A DNA stretch of 64,000 nucleotides from Octopus vulgaris (Eukaryota). Positions 1 through 12,540 of the stretch are shown piece after piece. A program made the position numbers and the translations under genes. Location of the stretch: positions 188,604,001 through 188,668,000 of the forward strand of contig OX597814.1 of assembly GCA_951406725.2 (NCBI GenBank). The letters run 5' to 3'. Positions within the stretch are counted from its first letter, which is position 1; the number at the start of each line of letters is the position of its first letter. Below the pieces are notes generated by a model. The model saw only the letters and a program-made list of their open reading frames with translations. It had not been told where the DNA came from and did no database searches.

Positions 1-340
1 CCCACTGCGTGGCACCTTGGGCACGTTCTTTACTATAGCCTCGGGCCGACCAAAGCGTTGTGAGTGGATTTGGTTGACGGAAACTGAAGGAAGCCCGTCG
101 TATATGTGTGTATATATATGTATGTGTGTTTGTATATGTTTGTGTGTCTGTGTTTGTCCTCCCCAACGTCGCTTGATAACTGTTGCTGGTGTGTTTATAT
201 CCAGTAACTTAGCGGTTCGACAAAAGAGACCGATAGAATAAGTACTAGGCTTACAAAGAATAAGTACTGAGGTCGAATTGCTCGACTAAAGGCGGTGCTC
301 CAGCATGGCCGTAGTCAAATGACTGAAAAGAGTAAAAGTG
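1..340 (+). mobile_element. SINE family A, head cut by window edge
   Basis: Matches the multi-copy consensus: ggcaccttgggc..ggaaactgaa, internal (TA/TG)n, tail ggcggtgctccagcatggcc..actgaaa. Confidence 0.9.
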
Positions 341-351
341 TATACATATAT

Positions 352-450
<99 letters not shown>

Positions 451-593
451 AATATATATTTATATTATATAGAGGGTACTACTATTCATAGATACCGCAC
501 GCTAGGAGGGACCCTTGCGGTCAAAACTACTAAAATAAACAAATTGTACCGAATGCAAAACTTCAAAGCAAGTAATTTTAAAAAAAGAATTTA

Positions 594-657
594 GTTACAT
601 ATCACCTGTGATTTCGCAATTAATGCAGAAAATGCATTCTATGCTCATCAGTGCAAC
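594..657 (-). ncRNA. Minimal type I hammerhead ribozyme motif
   Basis: Minus strand reads gttgca CTGATGA gca..tgc GAAA tcac-ag-gtga TA tgtaac: 6 bp stem I (one GU), full core, stems II and III, AUA cleavage triplet. Confidence 0.85.
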
Positions 658-961
658 AAACTCAAGACATATAAGAAAAAACATAACATTACAAACCCGA
701 CAGCCAACCGTAGATTTCGTCGTAGCATGTACGAATGTTTATCTTTAATATACACAAATATATATAAACCAGAAGTGATTCGAGCATATGAAACTTAATA
801 AGCCTTGATGACACCGCTATTTGAATATATACACTCTTTGCTCTCTTTAGTGCGTTACCTTATTTCATTTCGTTTGTCGAGCACTTCACCGACACCAAGT
901 GGAAGAAAATGCATACAGGAATTGTATGGCAGTCCGAAATCTAATACAAATAAAGATATAC

Positions 962-1376
962 TCTCTTTACTCTCTCTCTTTTACTTGTTTCAGTCAGTTG
1001 ACTGCGGCCATGCTGGAGCACCGCCTTTAGTCGAGCAACTCGACCCGGGACTTATTTATTCTTTGTAAGCCCAGTACTTATTCTATCGGTCTCTTTGCCG
1101 AACCGCTAAGTGACGGGGACATAAACACACCAGCATCAGTTGTCAAGCAATGCTAGGGGGACAAACACATACACAAGCATACACGCACACACACATATAT
1201 ATATACATATATACGACGGGCTTCTTTCAGTTTCCGTCTACCAAATCCACTCACAAGGCTTTGGTCGGCCCGAAGCTATAGTGGAAGACACTTGCCCAAG
1301 GTGCCACGCAGTGGGACTGAACCCGGAACCATGTGGTTGGTAAGTAAGCTACTTACTACACAGCCACTCCTGCGCC
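962..1376 (-). mobile_element. SINE family A, full length
   Basis: tRNA-like head ggcgcaggagtggctgtg with B-box-like ggttcagtccc, internal microsatellite, agtaaaag-type tail. Confidence 0.92.
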
Positions 1377-1494
1377 TATATCGTAGTTTGTATTATATTG
1401 CACCCTTTGTAGACGCGCATCTTAGCCGGTATTTGTGTGTTGCTAAATGTCTCGAATCACACGCAACCCGCTTGTATAAAAACATATTATTTAT

Positions 1495-1793
1495 TTTTAT
1501 TTATGCGCCCTTTTCAAACCTAGCCAAGCTCATGGGTACGGTTTCCCGGTTTCGGTGGCGTATGTGTTTCCCCCCAGCTGGACGGGACGCCAGTCCATCG
1601 CAGCGTTGCTCAAGAAACAGGAAGAGAAGTTGACGCGAAAGAGTACAACAGGGGTCACCACTACCCCCGCCGGAGCCTCGTGGAGCTTTTGGGTGTTTCG
1701 CTCAATAAACACACAACGCCCGGTCTGAGAATCGAAACCGCGATTCTCCGACTGCGAGTCCACTGCCCTAACCACTGGGCCATTGTGCCTCCA
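1495..1793 (-). mobile_element. SINE, family D head with family C (V-domain-like) tail
   Basis: Head ggaggcacaatggcccagtggttaggg..ggtttcgattc; tail gcgatggactggcgtcccgtccag..gaaaccggg. Confidence 0.85.
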
Positions 1794-2209
1794 TAAAAAC
1801 ATATACTGCATGAAATGTTTCCTTTTGGATTTTATGAAAAAAAAAAGACAGAAAACAAACAAAGAATAGTCACGGCTGGAACTTATTTGTCCAGAAGATT
1901 GCTCCACCAGAAATTATCAATGGTTAAATGCATACAGTGACATTTAGGTTATTAGAACCAACAGGCAAATCTCTCATAAATTAGACGATTAGCTCTTCAG
2001 GATGGAGAGAATACATTGGATAAGGAGTTCTTGAAAAGCTCTAAAAATACAGAATTGGCTGGAACAGCTTTGATTATATATTTGCTTGTTCGGGACTGGC
2101 GTTGAGTTAAACGAAAACAACAGTAACAACAACAACAACTACTGCGTGAATATCGTCCCAAATTCATTTCTCCTTTTGTCACAGAAGTAATCATTGTGAA
2201 TTGTTAGGA

Positions 2210-2942
2210 GGCGCAGGAGTGGCTGTGTGGTAAGTAGTTTGCTTACCAACCACATGGTTCTGGGTTCAGTCCCACTGCGGTGCATCTTGGGCAAGTGTCT
2301 TCTGCTATAGCATCGGACCGACCAAAGCGTTGTGAGTGGATTTGGTAGATGGAAACTGAAAGAAGCTCGTCATATGTATATATGTGTGTATGTGTGTGTA
2401 TGTGTGTGGAGGCAGATTGGCCCAGTAGTTAGGGCAGCGGACTCGCAGTCGTAGGATCGCGATTTCGATTCCAAGAAAGGGCATTGTGAGTGTTTATTGA
2501 GCGGAAACACCTAAAGCTCCACGAGGCTCCAGGAGGGGGTGGTGGTGATCCCTGCTGTACTCTTTCGCCACAATTTTCTCTCACTCTTTCTTCTGTTGGC
2601 CTGCTCGCTTAGCCAGCGAGGTGGCGTCATTTGAAGGCTAAGACAATGCGAAGCGCATTGTGACCAGCGATGTGTAACGATATCTGATAGCCTGGTCGGT
2701 CACGGTGATATATATGTATGTATGTGTATATGTTTGTGTGTCTGTGTGTGTTCCCCCAACATCACTTGCCAACTGATGGTGGTGTGTTTACGTCCCCGTA
2801 ACTTAGCGGTTCGGCAAAAGAGACCGATAGAATAAGTACTAGGCTTCCAAAGAATAAGTCCTGGAGTCGATTTGCTTGACTAAAAGGCGGCGCTCCAGCA
2901 TGACCGCAGTCAAATGACTGAAACAAGTAAAAGAGTAAAGAG
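2210..2942 (+). mobile_element. SINE family A with nested family D SINE
   Basis: A head at 2210 and A tail at about 2730-2942, interrupted within the internal microsatellite. Confidence 0.9.
2408..2709 (+). mobile_element. SINE family D
   Basis: tRNA-like head with A and B boxes; homologous to 32760-33042. Confidence 0.88.
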
Positions 2943-3652
2943 CGTATGTTTTGAATGTAAATTAAGAGTTAACTGTTATTTAAATGCAATTACATTTAAA
3001 TGTAAATTAGGATTAAATGAATTTAGAAGGAAATTAAAATTAATGATATACGTCTATGAGTAAGAAAGAAAACAAGTATTTTGGTTTCAAGCAAGTAAAA
3101 AAGCCTCCGGAATTTATGACACAAATTTCAGTAGAAGAGTATGTTTATTAAGAATTTAAATATTTAGAATAAATAATATATCGATGTATGTTTGAGTTTC
3201 TCTTTTGTGATAACCTTAGGTTCTTATTGACAAACTTGTTCGCAATGAGTTTAAATATGTATAGAAAACTTTAACTGAACTTCATACATTCTAGAAGCTA
3301 GTTTATCGACTTTGTACCAGATAATTGGTCAACGTATAAATAAAAAATCACACGACCAGCAATATCATAACTAACTGGACTATAATAACTATTGTAAAAA
3401 CTAGTATACCCGTACCGTTAAAAAAAGAAATAAGCCAAAAATGTTATTTGATCATGCATCAACATAACATACACTCCATACAGCTGTTATCAGCTTGTAT
3501 ATCATGAAAAGCTAAATTGTTATTGAAAATACTTTGAAGGATTGGATCCAGAGAGAATTAGATATAAATTACATATAGATTACTTTAAAATCTTATTAAG
3601 GTTAGAGCAGTAAGAACTTTTCTAGATTTCTCTAACCGTCATTTTATTAAAT

Positions 3653-4065
3653 GGTGCAGAAGTGGCTGTGTGGTAAGTAGCTTGCTTACCAACCACATGA
3701 TTCCGGGTTCAGTCTCACTGCGTGGCACCTTGGGCAAGTGCCTTCTACTATAGCCTCGGACCGGCCAAAGCCTTGTGAGTGGATTTGGTGGACGGAAACT
3801 GAAAGAAGCCCGTCGTATATATGTATATGTATGTGTATATGTGTGTATATGTTTGTGTGTCTGTGTTTGTTTCCCCAACATCACTTGACAAGCGATGGTG
3901 GTGTGTTTACGTCCCCGTAACTTAGCGGTTCGGCACAAAAGAGACCGATAGAATAAGTACTAGGCTTACAAAGAATAAGTCCTGGGATCGATTTGCTCGA
4001 CTAAAAAGGTGGTGCTCCAGCATGGCTGCAGTCAAATGACTGAGACAAGTAAAAGAATAAAAGAA
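3653..4065 (+). mobile_element. SINE family A
   Basis: Full-length match to other copies. Confidence 0.92.
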
Positions 4066-4189
4066 CAGAATAAACTGATGAGCCTGCGCCGTAAAAATTG
4101 AAGATAAATTGAAGCTTTAGTACAGAAAACTAGGTTTATTTTGAAATACTGGGACTTACATTCATAAAATTCGTATTGAGCACTCATAA

Positions 4190-4578
4190 AAATAAATAAA
4201 TGCGCCCTTTTTAAAGCCTAGCCAGGCTCATGGGCCCGGTTTCCCGGTTTCAATGGCGTATGTGTTCCCCAGCTGGACGGGACGCCAGTCCATCGCAGCG
4301 TTACTCATTTTTGCCTGCTGAGTGGACTGGAGCAACGTGAAATGAAGCGTTTTGCTCAAGAACACAACGCGTCGCCCGGTCCAAAAATCGAAACCACAAT
4401 CTTGCGATCATGATGCTGACAGCCTAACCACTAAACCACGCGCCTCCACTTGCAGCCTTTTAAAGCCTAGCCAGGCTCAGGGGCCCGGTTTCTCGGTTTC
4501 TATGGCGTATATGTTCCCCAGCTGGACGGGACGCCAGTCCATCGCAGCGTTACTCATTTTTGCCAGCTGAGTGGACTG
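4190..4578 (-). mobile_element. SINE family C, full copy (4190-4447) plus second partial copy
   Basis: tRNA-like head ggaggcgcgtgg..gtggttagg, CORE-like gttgtgttcttgagcaa, V-like gcgatggactggcgtcccgtccag; tail repeated at 4453-4578. Confidence 0.88.
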
Positions 4579-5309
4579 TAGATGGTGACTACTGTGACTC
4601 CTTTAGGCCATAACTGCTTTAGGTACATGCTTCCGATCTTGACAAGCTCTAGCAATTTTGAGTTTTGGGGTTTCCCTTTTGTCTTTCTGGAAAGAGCGTA
4701 TTAAAACCATAATATAGGCAGAAGATTCTTATTTTTGATTTCGTATTCCTGTTTTCTCCGCATGACTTTTGATTGGTGATTCTCGAAAAAGTTAATAAAC
4801 ACGTTCATCTGTTGAAGTGCAGATATGTTATTTGAGGCAGCGAATTACTTTGTATAGAGTTTTCTTGCATATATTGTAGTTTGTGATAGACACAAAGATC
4901 GTCAGGGATTGGCTAATTCCAGTTGTTATTTCACTGTTTGAATTATTTGTTTTACATTTACCAACGTAGGACACAATTAGTTTCCTCAGATTAGAATTCA
5001 GATTCAATTGATTTCTTTTCTAAAGATACAGGATAGTCATGACTGGAATGCTTTAGGTCATGGGTCAGGTCAGATCTGCTCAGTAACGGCTGACCCGAGG
5101 CTAAATGATAACAGTATAATAGCATAATTCCGTATCAGTTTTAAGTATGGCATACCTGTAGTGTTGAAAGTATGAGCATCTTCCAAGATTTCAATAATTT
5201 CAGCGAACAAATAACCAGACTCAATCGATTGAATAAACAACTTTCAATAAGAATACCTCATCTCTCTTCCTATATATCTTAACCTGATATTTTTTCTCTT
5301 CCATTCTCT

Positions 5310-5722
5310 TTTACCCTTTTTACTTTTTTACTTGTTTCAGTCATTTGACTGCGGCGATGCTGGAGCACCGCCTTTAGTCAAGAAAATCGACCGCAGAACT
5401 TATTCTTTGTAAGCTTAGTACTTATTCTATCGGTCTCTTTTGCCGAAAGGCTATGTTACGGGGACGCAAACACACCAGCATCGGTTATCAAGCAATGTTG
5501 GGGGAACAAACACAGACACACACACACACGCACATACATATATATATACGACGGGCTTCTTTCAGTTTCCGTCTTTGGTCGGCCGAGACTATAGGAAAAG
5601 ACACCTGCTCAAGGTGCCACGCAGTGGGACTGAACCCGGAACCATGTGGTTGGTAAGCAAGCTACTTACCACACAGCCACTCATGCGCCTATAGCTACTT
5701 ACCACACAGCCACTCCTGCACC
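5310..5722 (-). mobile_element. SINE family A with duplicated 30 bp head end
   Basis: Consensus match; agctacttaccacacagccactc repeated at 5660 and 5693. Confidence 0.9.
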
Positions 5723-5957
5723 TATTGTGACACCTCTGCTATCCAACCAGTTTTAATTCCACGATTCCTTCGAAGACCAGTCATCCCAACGTCTTCCATC
5801 TTTCAGTTTTTCTAGTTAAAAACTGATAAGCTCCAACGTACTTATTGGACAATTAAAAATAAATACTGGTGAATTAAGGACCAGGTTATGTTTAAACACT
5901 CACTTCGCTTACTCCCTACAATACGAACATAGTTAATTCCATTTCTTAAAAAAAAAA

Positions 5958-6278
5958 GACTCCGCCGGTTACGACGACGAGGGTCCCAGCTGATACGATC
6001 AACGGAACAGCTTGCTCGTGAAATTAACGTGCAAATGGCTGAACATTCCACAGACACGTGTACCCTTAACGTAGTTCTCGGGGATAATCAGCGTGACACA
6101 GAGAGTGACAAGGCTGACCCTTTGAAATACAAGTACAACTCATTTTTGCCAGCTGAGTGGACTGGAGCAACGTGAAATAAAGTGTCTTGCTCAAGGACAC
6201 AACGTGTCGCCGGGAATCGAACTCACAACCTTACGATCATGAGCCGAATGCCCTAACCACTAAGCCACGCGCCCTCAC
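5958..6278 (-). mobile_element. SINE with family C head and a different body and tail
   Basis: tRNA head and CORE-like segment shared with C; flanking duplication aattccatttct on both sides. Confidence 0.85.
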
Positions 6279-6746
6279 AATTCCATTTCTAATTGCAATT
6301 CAGTAACCCTTATACGAAACTGCTGATTGGAAATACTAGGCTGAATCACCTTGAATAATCTTACCTTCCAGTTTTGGTTCTGTAAACGTAATTATCTCTA
6401 CAATCGAACTTCCTCGTGCCAAGAATCGTGGCGTCGATAATCGTATTCAATTATCGAATTTATTACTAAAAGACAGTAGAAGATTGCCAATTTGGACCTA
6501 AGAAACCTATAATGTTATGGAATATTCGGTTTTTACTATATTATCAATATTGGCTTCAAATCTTGGCACAAGACCAGTAAGATCAAAGGGGGGGGGGGTA
6601 AGTTGATTACATCGACCCCAGGGATCAACATCGGCGGAATTTGAACTCAGAACGTAAGGTAATGACGGACGAAATGTCGCTTAACATTTTGCCAGGTGTG
6701 CTATCAGTGCTACCAACTCAACGTTTTTATACTGATTTTTTTTAAA

Positions 6747-7153
6747 GATAGCGAACTGGTGGAATTGTTAGCACACCAGGCAAAATGCTTAGCGGTATTT
6801 CGTCTATCGCTACGTTCTGAGTTCAAATTCCGCCGAGGTCGACTTTGCCTTTCATCCTTTCGGGGTCGATTAAATAAGTACCAGTTAAGCACTGGGGTCG
6901 ATATAATCGACTTAATCTGTTTGTCTGTCCTTGTTTGTCCTTTCTGTGTTTAGCCCCTTGTGGGTAGTAAAGAAATAGGTATTTCGTCCGTGTTTACGTA
7001 CTGAGTTCAAATTCCGTCGGTGTCGACTGTGCCTTTCATTCTTTCGGGGTCGATAATGTAAGTATCAGATGAACACTGGGATCGATGTAATCGACTTACC
7101 CCTCACTTAAAAATTACTGGCATTGTGTCAAAATGTAAAATTTGAAACCAATA
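6747..7153 (+). mobile_element. SINE family B, two units
   Basis: Meta-domain-like gcctttcatcctttcggggtcgataaa..agtaccag; preceded by a degenerate minus-strand copy at about 6553-6715. Confidence 0.9.
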
Positions 7154-7434
7154 TTACGATGACATTTTTTAACAAACTGTTTTCTTAAACATAAAATCCA
7201 CCACAATGTTCCTATGTATTTGATTATCACCACTTTTCAACTTTTCTCGCTACACAAAGTTCAACGTGTTTTCCACGTTATTATATTTCAATCAAATACC
7301 ATCTACATCAATCTTATACCTTACATTAAACATATCTTCAATCGTAACAGTTTCATTCCTTACACACTCAGCAATTACACTTACAGCCCTGCAATTTCTT
7401 CTCTATAGCAACGTACATTACATACTAATGTTCC

Positions 7435-7790
7435 TTATTTCTTTATTGCTCACAAGGGGCTAAACACAGAGGGGACAAACAAGGACAGACAAACAGACTA
7501 AGTCGATTATATCGGCTCCAGTGCGTAACTGGTACTTATTTAATCGACCCCGAAAGGATAAAAGGCAAAGTCGACCTCGGCGGAATTTGAACTCAGAACG
7601 TAACGGCAGACGAAATACCTATTTCTTTACTACCCACAAGGGGCTAAACACAGAGGAGACAAACAAGGACAGACAGACGGATGAAAGGCAAAGTCGACCT
7701 CGGCGGAATTTGAACACAGAACGTAACGGCAGACGAAATACCGCTAAGCATCTCGCCCGGCGTACTAACGATTCTGCCAGCTCACCGCCC
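7435..7790 (-). mobile_element. SINE family B, two units, one internally deleted
   Basis: Consensus match. Confidence 0.9.
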
Positions 7791-8321
7791 TAATACTAAT
7801 AATTAAATACCTATATTTCACTACCAAGTGTTTAAGAAGACATTTTTATGACAGAAATTCCCCCCCCTCTCTCTCTCGCACATCTGATGTTATTTGAATA
7901 AAAGTTACTTGCATTATCATTAACAATGAAATGCTTTCCCCCGTCGGGAAAATGTGATTTCATATTGCTTCAATCGCATTGCTTCAATCGCATATGTAGC
8001 ATATGTTGTACTGCTTCTTTCAAATAATCGTTGCAACACTTGAAAGGGACTGTGAGTAGCTGAGGAGGTGCAATAAGATCGAAACACGCCTAGAGTCATC
8101 ACTTGGCTGCCACAAATAAGACATATTCACCTTGTATATTTTCATTAATTCTATTTTATTGAAATTCCGGGAGTTTCTCTTGCTTCTTCTGAGAATATGT
8201 TTCTTTAACACTAATTATTTTGATTCATTAAAGTTATAATTTCAATTCAATATAATTATTTTGGTTTAAAACTTCAAGTATGATAGTCTCTACTTTTCTA
8301 TGTTGTTCATGTAGAAGTGCC

Positions 8322-8858
8322 TTAGTGATTCGATAACCAGTGGATGTATTCCACTGAAATTAGGTAAATAATCCTTCGAACAGACGGTCAGCAGCGACGC
8401 CTGCTGAGTTCGGCTACTCTGCATTCATAAAGGGCAAATACCATGAAACATGTCTGCAAATGCCTGACCAGCAAAGGGGAGCGACTGACCTCCCCTGTTC
8501 GTAGGTTATAATGGACACAGCTTCGTGTGTCATATAGCTAGCTAGAGGCGATGGCCTCTTGGAGCTAATCAACGGCAGCTTACGTCCTATATTTATGGAC
8601 TGCCATATTAGCTTGGCGATAACGGTTAATAACTTCTATTTTATTCTATGGCTGCACATTCTCTCTACATTTTAGTACATTTATTCTACATTCATTTATT
8701 TATTCCTTTAATTTATTTTTGTAATACACCTTTGACCTTATATTGATTTTTTAATTCTAACTTATCATGGCTCAGTAGTTAGAGCGTCCGGCTTACAATC
8801 ATGAGGTTGTAATTTCGATTCCTGGACCAGGGTGTGTGTTATGTTCTTGAGTAAGATA
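8322..8858 (+). repeat. Unclassified 540 bp structured direct repeat, copy 1
   Basis: Highly similar to 11505-12039; many hairpins, a T-rich spacer, then a truncated SINE C-type head. Confidence 0.9.
8418..8460 (+). ncRNA. Atypical hammerhead-like motif (core UUCAUAA)
   Basis: tgca TTCATAA aggg-caaata-ccat GAAA catg TC tgca; HHR spacing with U3:A8 but G5 replaced by C. Confidence 0.5.
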
Positions 8859-9196
8859 CTTTATTTCCCGTTGAAAGGAAATTTTGCAACGCCATATGAA
8901 TAAGTCTCTTTGGTCAAACTTCACTCGAGGTATGCAACACAACAACGAATCTACAGCTTTCTTGATCTATCTTCATCAAGAGTTGCTTCGATGATCATGT
9001 ATTCTCTTCTTAATAGCTGGACTTCAATCTTTTTGAGAAAACGTGTACTTCTTTGCTTCAACCAGTTATTCCATACCCCTACTGCTGAAGGCATTCTAGA
9101 GGTTAATGATACATATTTCTCCCGGTTATTACACATTAAAATACACGCAGATACATATACATATATAAAAATACAGATGCATATACATTCTCTAGG

Positions 9197-9776
9197 ATTA
9201 GCACGCCGGACGAAATGCTTAGTTGTATTTCGTCTGCCGTTACGTTCTGAGTTCAAATTCCGCCGAGGTCGACTTTGCCTTTCATCCTTTCGGGGTCGAT
9301 AAATTAAGTACCAGTTACGCACTGGGGTCGATGTAATGCACTTAATCCCTTTGTCTGTCCTTGTTTGTGCCCTCTATGTTTAGCCCTTTGTGGGTAGTAA
9401 AGAAGTAGGTATTTCGTCTGCCGTTACGTTCTGAGTTCAAATTCCGCTGAGGGCGACTTTGCCTTTCATCCTTTCGAGGTCGATAAATTATGTACCAGTT
9501 ACGCACTGGGGTCGATGTAATGGACTTAATCCGTTCATCTGTCCTTGTTTGTGCACTCTATGTTTAGCCCCTTGTGGGTAATAAAGAAATAGGTATTTCG
9601 TCTGCCGTTACGTTCTGAGTTCAAATTCCGCCGAGGTCAACTTTGCCTTTCATCCTTTCGGGGTCGATAAATAAAGTACCAGTTACGCACTGGGGTCGAT
9701 GTAATCGACTTAATCCGTTTGTCTGTCCTTGTTTGTCCTCTCTGTGTTTATTCCCTTGTGGGTCGTAAAGAAATAG
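9197..9776 (+). mobile_element. SINE family B tandem array, three units
   Basis: Three units of about 182 bp, each restarting at gtatttcgtctgccgttacg. Confidence 0.92.
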
Positions 9777-10682
9777 GATCATCGATAGAGTATTTATATG
9801 TAAGACAGACTGTTAAAGTGTCCATACCCACCAATTATTAAAAAATAAAAGCCGGTGTAATTTTAATCATTTATCAACTACCAAAAATAATAGAACCACT
9901 GTCTGTGCTTTGCTTGACTTCTTGTGTGCAAATTTTTATATATGTCTGAAATCAATACATCTATTGAATTCCAATTCGATATTTAGTCGCGCTAAGGCGA
10001 TCTTGTGATATGTTTATTCTGCGATAGTTCTTTATCAGTTTATGCTTACTGAATGGACGTTCTGCTCAGACTGACGCTGCAGGTACCGTGGGAAACATCA
10101 AGAATGACGTACAAATTGAATATATTTTGTTCAGTGAATGCATGGGTTTAAGTTGTAGTTGCCCAAAGTTGTGATGGTGTATTATAGTTTTCAAGTCGAT
10201 TAATTCGTTTGAAAGTTATTTGTCATTTACATTGTAAGCTTTTGGTAATGACACGCACTTCGAAGCCAAAAGATTTTCTACTATATACAGGTATCGTCAG
10301 AGGAGAGAATAGTTGCTTCAGATATACTTTTTAGATCACCAGTGACATAATAAACAATGGCAAAAAAGAAGAAACAAATATCCAAAATAATGATTCTGCA
10401 TGTGTGTCAGAATCCGTTGTCTAACTTTCATCATTTGATTGGTTCTCATCAACAAAATTAGTTTCACTTTCTCCCATTTGCACGCTGTTCAGTTTCAATT
10501 TGTGAACTGTTAGGAAGTATTTTGATTCTGTTGAGTGACATGCATTCTCATGTCCTCATCTGGTTCGACGTTCGTGCTCCCGTTAACATCAGCAGCATAG
10601 TATTGTATACAAAATATGCTAGAGTTGATATTGAAGCGAGTAACATTGAAAATCTGAGGAAACTGTGAAATTAATTAGGCAC

Positions 10683-11170
10683 ATTCTTTTACTTGTTTTC
10701 AGTCATTTTGAGTGTGGCCATGCTGGAGCACCGCCTTTAGTCGAGCAAATCGACCCAGGACTTAGTCTTTGTAAGCCTAGTACTTTATTCTATCGGTCTC
10801 TTTTGCCGAACCGCTAAGTTACGGGGACGTAAACACACCACCATCGGTTGTGAAGCGATATTGGAGGGACAAACATCCCATCCAGCTGGGAAACACATAC
10901 GCCATTGAAACCGGGAAACGGCCATGCTGGAGCACCGCCTTTAGTCGCGCAAATCGACCCCATGACTTATTCTTTGTAAGCCTTGTACTTATTCTATCTG
11001 TGTCTTTTGCCGAACCGCTAAGTTACGGGGACGTAAACACACCACCATCGGTTGTGAAGCGATATTGGAGGGACAAACATCCCGTCCAACTGGGGAACAC
11101 ATACACCATTGAAACCGGGAAACCGGGCCCATGAGCCTGGCTAGGCTTTAAAAGGGCGCATTTATTATTT
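10683..11170. mobile_element. Duplicated chimera of SINE A 3' half (minus) and SINE C tail (plus)
   Basis: Unit of about 200 bp repeated at about 10717 and 10921. Confidence 0.85.
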
Positions 11171-11504
11171 ATTAATAATGTTCACAGAACTCAACCGTAT
11201 ATGGTGGCCATATTAGTACCATTGCCATGTCCTTGACTGGGGAAAACGTTCAAGGGAGGGATATTTTTACCCATGTTTTATTTATCAGATTTGAAATCTC
11301 CGATCCTGTTTTCTCACAACAGTCTTCCAAAGATAGAAATCCCTCGTGAATTGCAAACTTACAACCCAATGTTCGAAAGTAGCATATAAATATTGTTTGT
11401 TCGATATGTGCAGAAATCAGTGCTACGTCAACAAATTTTGACAATATTTTAGAATTTTGCGATGTGTTTCAAAAGGAGATCGGAACAAAGAGAAATATAT
11501 TCAT

Positions 11505-12039
11505 TTAGTGATTCGAAACCAGTGGATGTATTCCACTGAAATTAGGTAAATAATCCTTCGAACAGACGGCCAGCAGCGACGCCTGTTGGCTTCGGCTACT
11601 CTGCATTCATAAAGGGCAAATACCATGAAACATGTCTGCAGATGCCTGACCAGCAAAGGGAAGCGGCTGACCTCCCCTGTTCGTAGGTTATAATGGACAC
11701 AGCTTCGTGTGTCATATAGCTAGCTAGAGGCGATGGCCTCTTGGAGCTAATCAACGGCAGCTTACGTCCTATATTTATGGACTGCCATATTAGCTTGGCG
11801 ATAACTGTTAATAATTTCTATTTTGTTCTATGGCTGCACATTCTCCCTACATTTTGGTACATTTATTTTACATTCATTTATTTATTCCTTTAATTTATTT
11901 TTGTTATACTCCTTTGACCTTGTAATGATTTTTAATTCTAACTTATCATGGCTCAGTAGTTAGAGCGTCAGGCTTACAATCATGAGGTTGTAATTTCGAT
12001 TCCTGGACCAGGGTGTGTGTTATGTTCTTGAATAAGATA
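11505..12039 (+). repeat. Unclassified 540 bp structured direct repeat, copy 2
   Basis: Highly similar to 8322-8858. Confidence 0.9.
11600..11642 (+). ncRNA. Atypical hammerhead-like motif, copy 2
   Basis: tctgca TTCATAA aggg..ccat GAAA catg TC tgcaga; 6 bp stem I. Confidence 0.5.
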
Positions 12040-12204
12040 TAGCAGTCTTTTGACTGCTATTTCTAAATTTTCGGTGAAGCAACTTGCTGCTTAACCCTTA
12101 ATTATTGTTATAATTATATAAAAACATTTTGTGTAAGTTTTTACCGAATATAGTTATTTTCCATACTGAAAACTAGTTGGTAAATTTATTAATTCATTAA
12201 ATTA

Positions 12205-12540
12205 ATAATTCTTTACCCTATATCTGTAATATATATATATATATATATTAACATGTATATATAGATATATATTTATATGTATATATATATACATATATAT
12301 ATATATATTTGTGTATATACATATGTATGTATTTAAAGATATGCATAAATGTGTGTATATATATATATGTATATATACGTGTATATTTAAATACATATAT
12401 ATATATGTGTATATATAAAGACATATACATATATATATATATGTATTTATATACACGTATATTATATACACATATTTATATATACATATATACACGTATA
12501 TATATATGTATATATATATGTATATATTCATGTATATATA
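12205..12540. repeat. Imperfect (TA)n microsatellite
   Basis: Seen directly. Confidence 0.95.

Noticed and set aside
2210-2480. tRNA genes in SINE heads
   Set aside because: A and B boxes are present but there is no complete cloverleaf, and they are embedded in SINEs.
8428-8465. Resemblance to a c-di-GMP-I riboswitch (gggcaaa..gaaa..gcaaa)
   Set aside because: The required stem does not form, copy 2 changes gcaaa to gcaga, the host is an animal and the hammerhead topology fits better.
8648-8746. Short hydrophobic ORF MAAHS.YILVHLFYIHLFIPLIYFC in both repeat copies
   Set aside because: Expected from a T-rich tract; conservation only reflects the duplication.
9197-9776. CRISPR-like appearance of SINE B arrays and CATA-bounded modules
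   Set aside because: Whole units repeat with no unique spacers, no cas genes, eukaryotic context.
10270-10305. CTGACGA tac..gta GAAA on the minus strand
   Set aside because: No stem I or stem III; probably chance.
8859-11504. LTR retrotransposon internal region between the 540 bp repeats
   Set aside because: No TG..CA ends, TSD, PBS or recognisable gag, pol or Penelope ORF.
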